NCBI RefSeq assembly: GCF_004010195.1
Contig: NC_057721.1
Location: 34,516,931-34,580,930 of the forward strand
Direction: 5' to 3'
DNA length: 64,000 nucleotides
From: Chiloscyllium plagiosum
Lineage: Eukaryota
The notes beneath the pieces were generated by a model. That model searched no databases. It saw only the letters and a list, made by a program, of their open reading frames with translations, and was not told where the DNA came from. A program made the translations under genes and the position numbers. Position 1 is the stretch's first letter. The number at the start of each line of letters is the position of its first letter. Positions 62,113 through 64,000 of the stretch are shown one piece after another.

Positions 62113-63819
62113 TAATTAATTTCTCTATCAAATCTATATTTGTAAACTAATCTTGTTGGAAGCTAGTGAACCATCTATATTAAAGCATTATGTGGTTGGA
62201 AAAAGCAGAAGTATTCTTTTGGAGTGCACAAGGTAAGTGTGAGCCTTTGCTGTCTCAGGCATCTTCTGATACTTCTCTTCAGTGACAGACACTTGCATCA
62301 TCTCACTCCACTCTCTCCCCACAGCTTCTCTCTGCTACCATAGCTTTCTCTTGGTGCCTGAACAGCTGATCCTCACCATTTCCACAGACCATCTGCTTCT
62401 GTTTGCAAACAGCAGAATGAGACCCGTAATACAAAGCTTGATGAAAATTTCCAAGGAAGATTTTCATCTGATCCAGTCAACTTGAGGAGCTAAACAGGTA
62501 AATACATATTGACTTGTATCTGACATAGTTACACTGGGGCAATTACAGAGCAGAACTGACGGTTAAAGTGGAAAAAGGAATATGAGTAACAGCACCACAG
62601 CAACATAAGAATTTCATGGTGCACAGCAAAAGAACGTTATGGATGATGGTATGATTTGCAAAGTGGCAGGGTGACAAGTTGGACAGTAAAAACAGGATCA
62701 GAGTAGAAGTCAGATGAGAAGCCAAAGAGTAATAGGAGGAACATAGGAACGTGTGAATCTTTTGATGGTAAAAGGCCATGTTGCTTAAGTTGCTTTCTGT
62801 GACATGATGATGATGATAGAGCTGTTGACTCATAATTGCAATCAATCATGGTCAATTAGTCAACCTTACATCAAGAAATGAGGTGAGATAAACCTCAATT
62901 ATGAAACACTTGAACACCCATGTCTAAAATCTTTATTTGTGATAAAAAAAAACTCAGTAAAGCTGGCTTTGCATTTAAGCTCATTTAGAACAAATTCTTG
63001 GAAGAACAGGATCTGTGAGTGGGCTGCCTATATTCAAATTACTAAACCAGGCTCTCTCTCATCCTGGCAGTGAGCTTTCTCATCAGTTACTGGGGCAAAG
63101 AAGCCAGATTTTGTCATCCAATTGAGGGGAACTGCCTCATGGGTGCCAGTCCCCTGAAATCTAAACAAACCAGCAGTATAAAAGCAGCTAAAGAGAAACT
63201 GCTGCATATAAGAACTAGCTTGAGACTAATTTATGATACTTATCTAGGTGACATAAAGGAACTAGTATAAAGACACTGGAACTGAGCCCTTTCTGAGCAT
63301 TCAAAGGAACAATGCACATAGCACATCCAGTCCTGCCATAGATTCAATGAATCCCCAACAGACTAAGCAAACATCTTAACAAGCATAACATTGGAATTTG
63401 TTGTTTTTCTTGTGGCTTCAGATTTCAGAATGTTCTTAGCTACTCAAAGGACTCGTTCCATGGGAGAACAAAGCAGTATTTACATCAGCTCTTTTCATAG
63501 TGGCATATTATGTTGGCAAACCTAAAAGACCCCTCAAGGTACAAACCAAGGGATACATCTGCTATGTTAAACATGAAAAGAGGATGCTTGCCTCAGACAT
63601 GTTTCACATTCAAAGCACAACCTTGCACAGGAACAGTTAAGCTAATAACACTGTGTTACAGTAACAGTCAAAAAGTGATCATTCAGATCTAGAGAATTCA
63701 CTTAGGCTTAAACAGAAAAAATAGCCATAAATTTAAATCTACTTTAAACATAATTCTGAAGACGTTAAAAATAACCTCTTAAAATCTTCCTTTATGTGCA
63801 TCAGGATAACAAGAATACT

Positions 63820-64000
63820 CCACACTAAATGAAAATATGAAAGCAGGTGGACAGCAAGCAAATAGACTCAAATGGCACATTGGCCTTCAATTCAAGAGGA
63901 TTTGATTTCAGAAAGATATCTTACTGCATTTATATAGGCACCTGAGGACACCACAAGCGAAGTACTGTATGGAGTTATGATCTGAGAAAGGATATGCTTT
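63820..64000 (+). mobile_element. Decayed CR1 fragment
   Basis: NGTLAFNSRGFDF...DILLHLYR-like translation; runs off the window edge. Confidence 0.6.

Noticed and set aside
62282-62500. Exon candidates bounded by AG and GTAAAT or GTGAGG
   Set aside because: Plus frames contain stops; the one open minus frame resembles no protein I recognise.

Overview
Repeat-dense, non-coding eukaryotic DNA, most likely from a shark; this is inferred from HE1-type V-SINEs and HER1/CR1 LINEs. I found no host protein-coding exon, rRNA, tRNA gene or CRISPR array. Every ORF I could recognise comes from a transposon. The window holds many decayed CR1 and L2-like LINEs, at least four tRNA-derived SINE types, Gypsy solo LTRs plus pol and integrase relics, Tigger-like MITEs, several PIF/Harbinger relics with spliced Myb/SANT genes, and four families of Penelope-like elements (PLEs). 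The most notable signal is a dense set of minimal hammerhead-ribozyme motifs (CUGANGA-stem II-GAAA-palindromic tetramer-UH) in the PLE termini. Many sit in tiny fold-back stubs with 8-15 bp target-site duplications, which could be a non-autonomous, retrozyme-like system. A 2.1 kb PLE palindrome whose arms share three stop codons and a candidate PBX/MEIS-TCF-RFX enhancer are also noted. Coordinates of decayed repeats are approximate and read by eye; family names are from memory and were not checked against a database.
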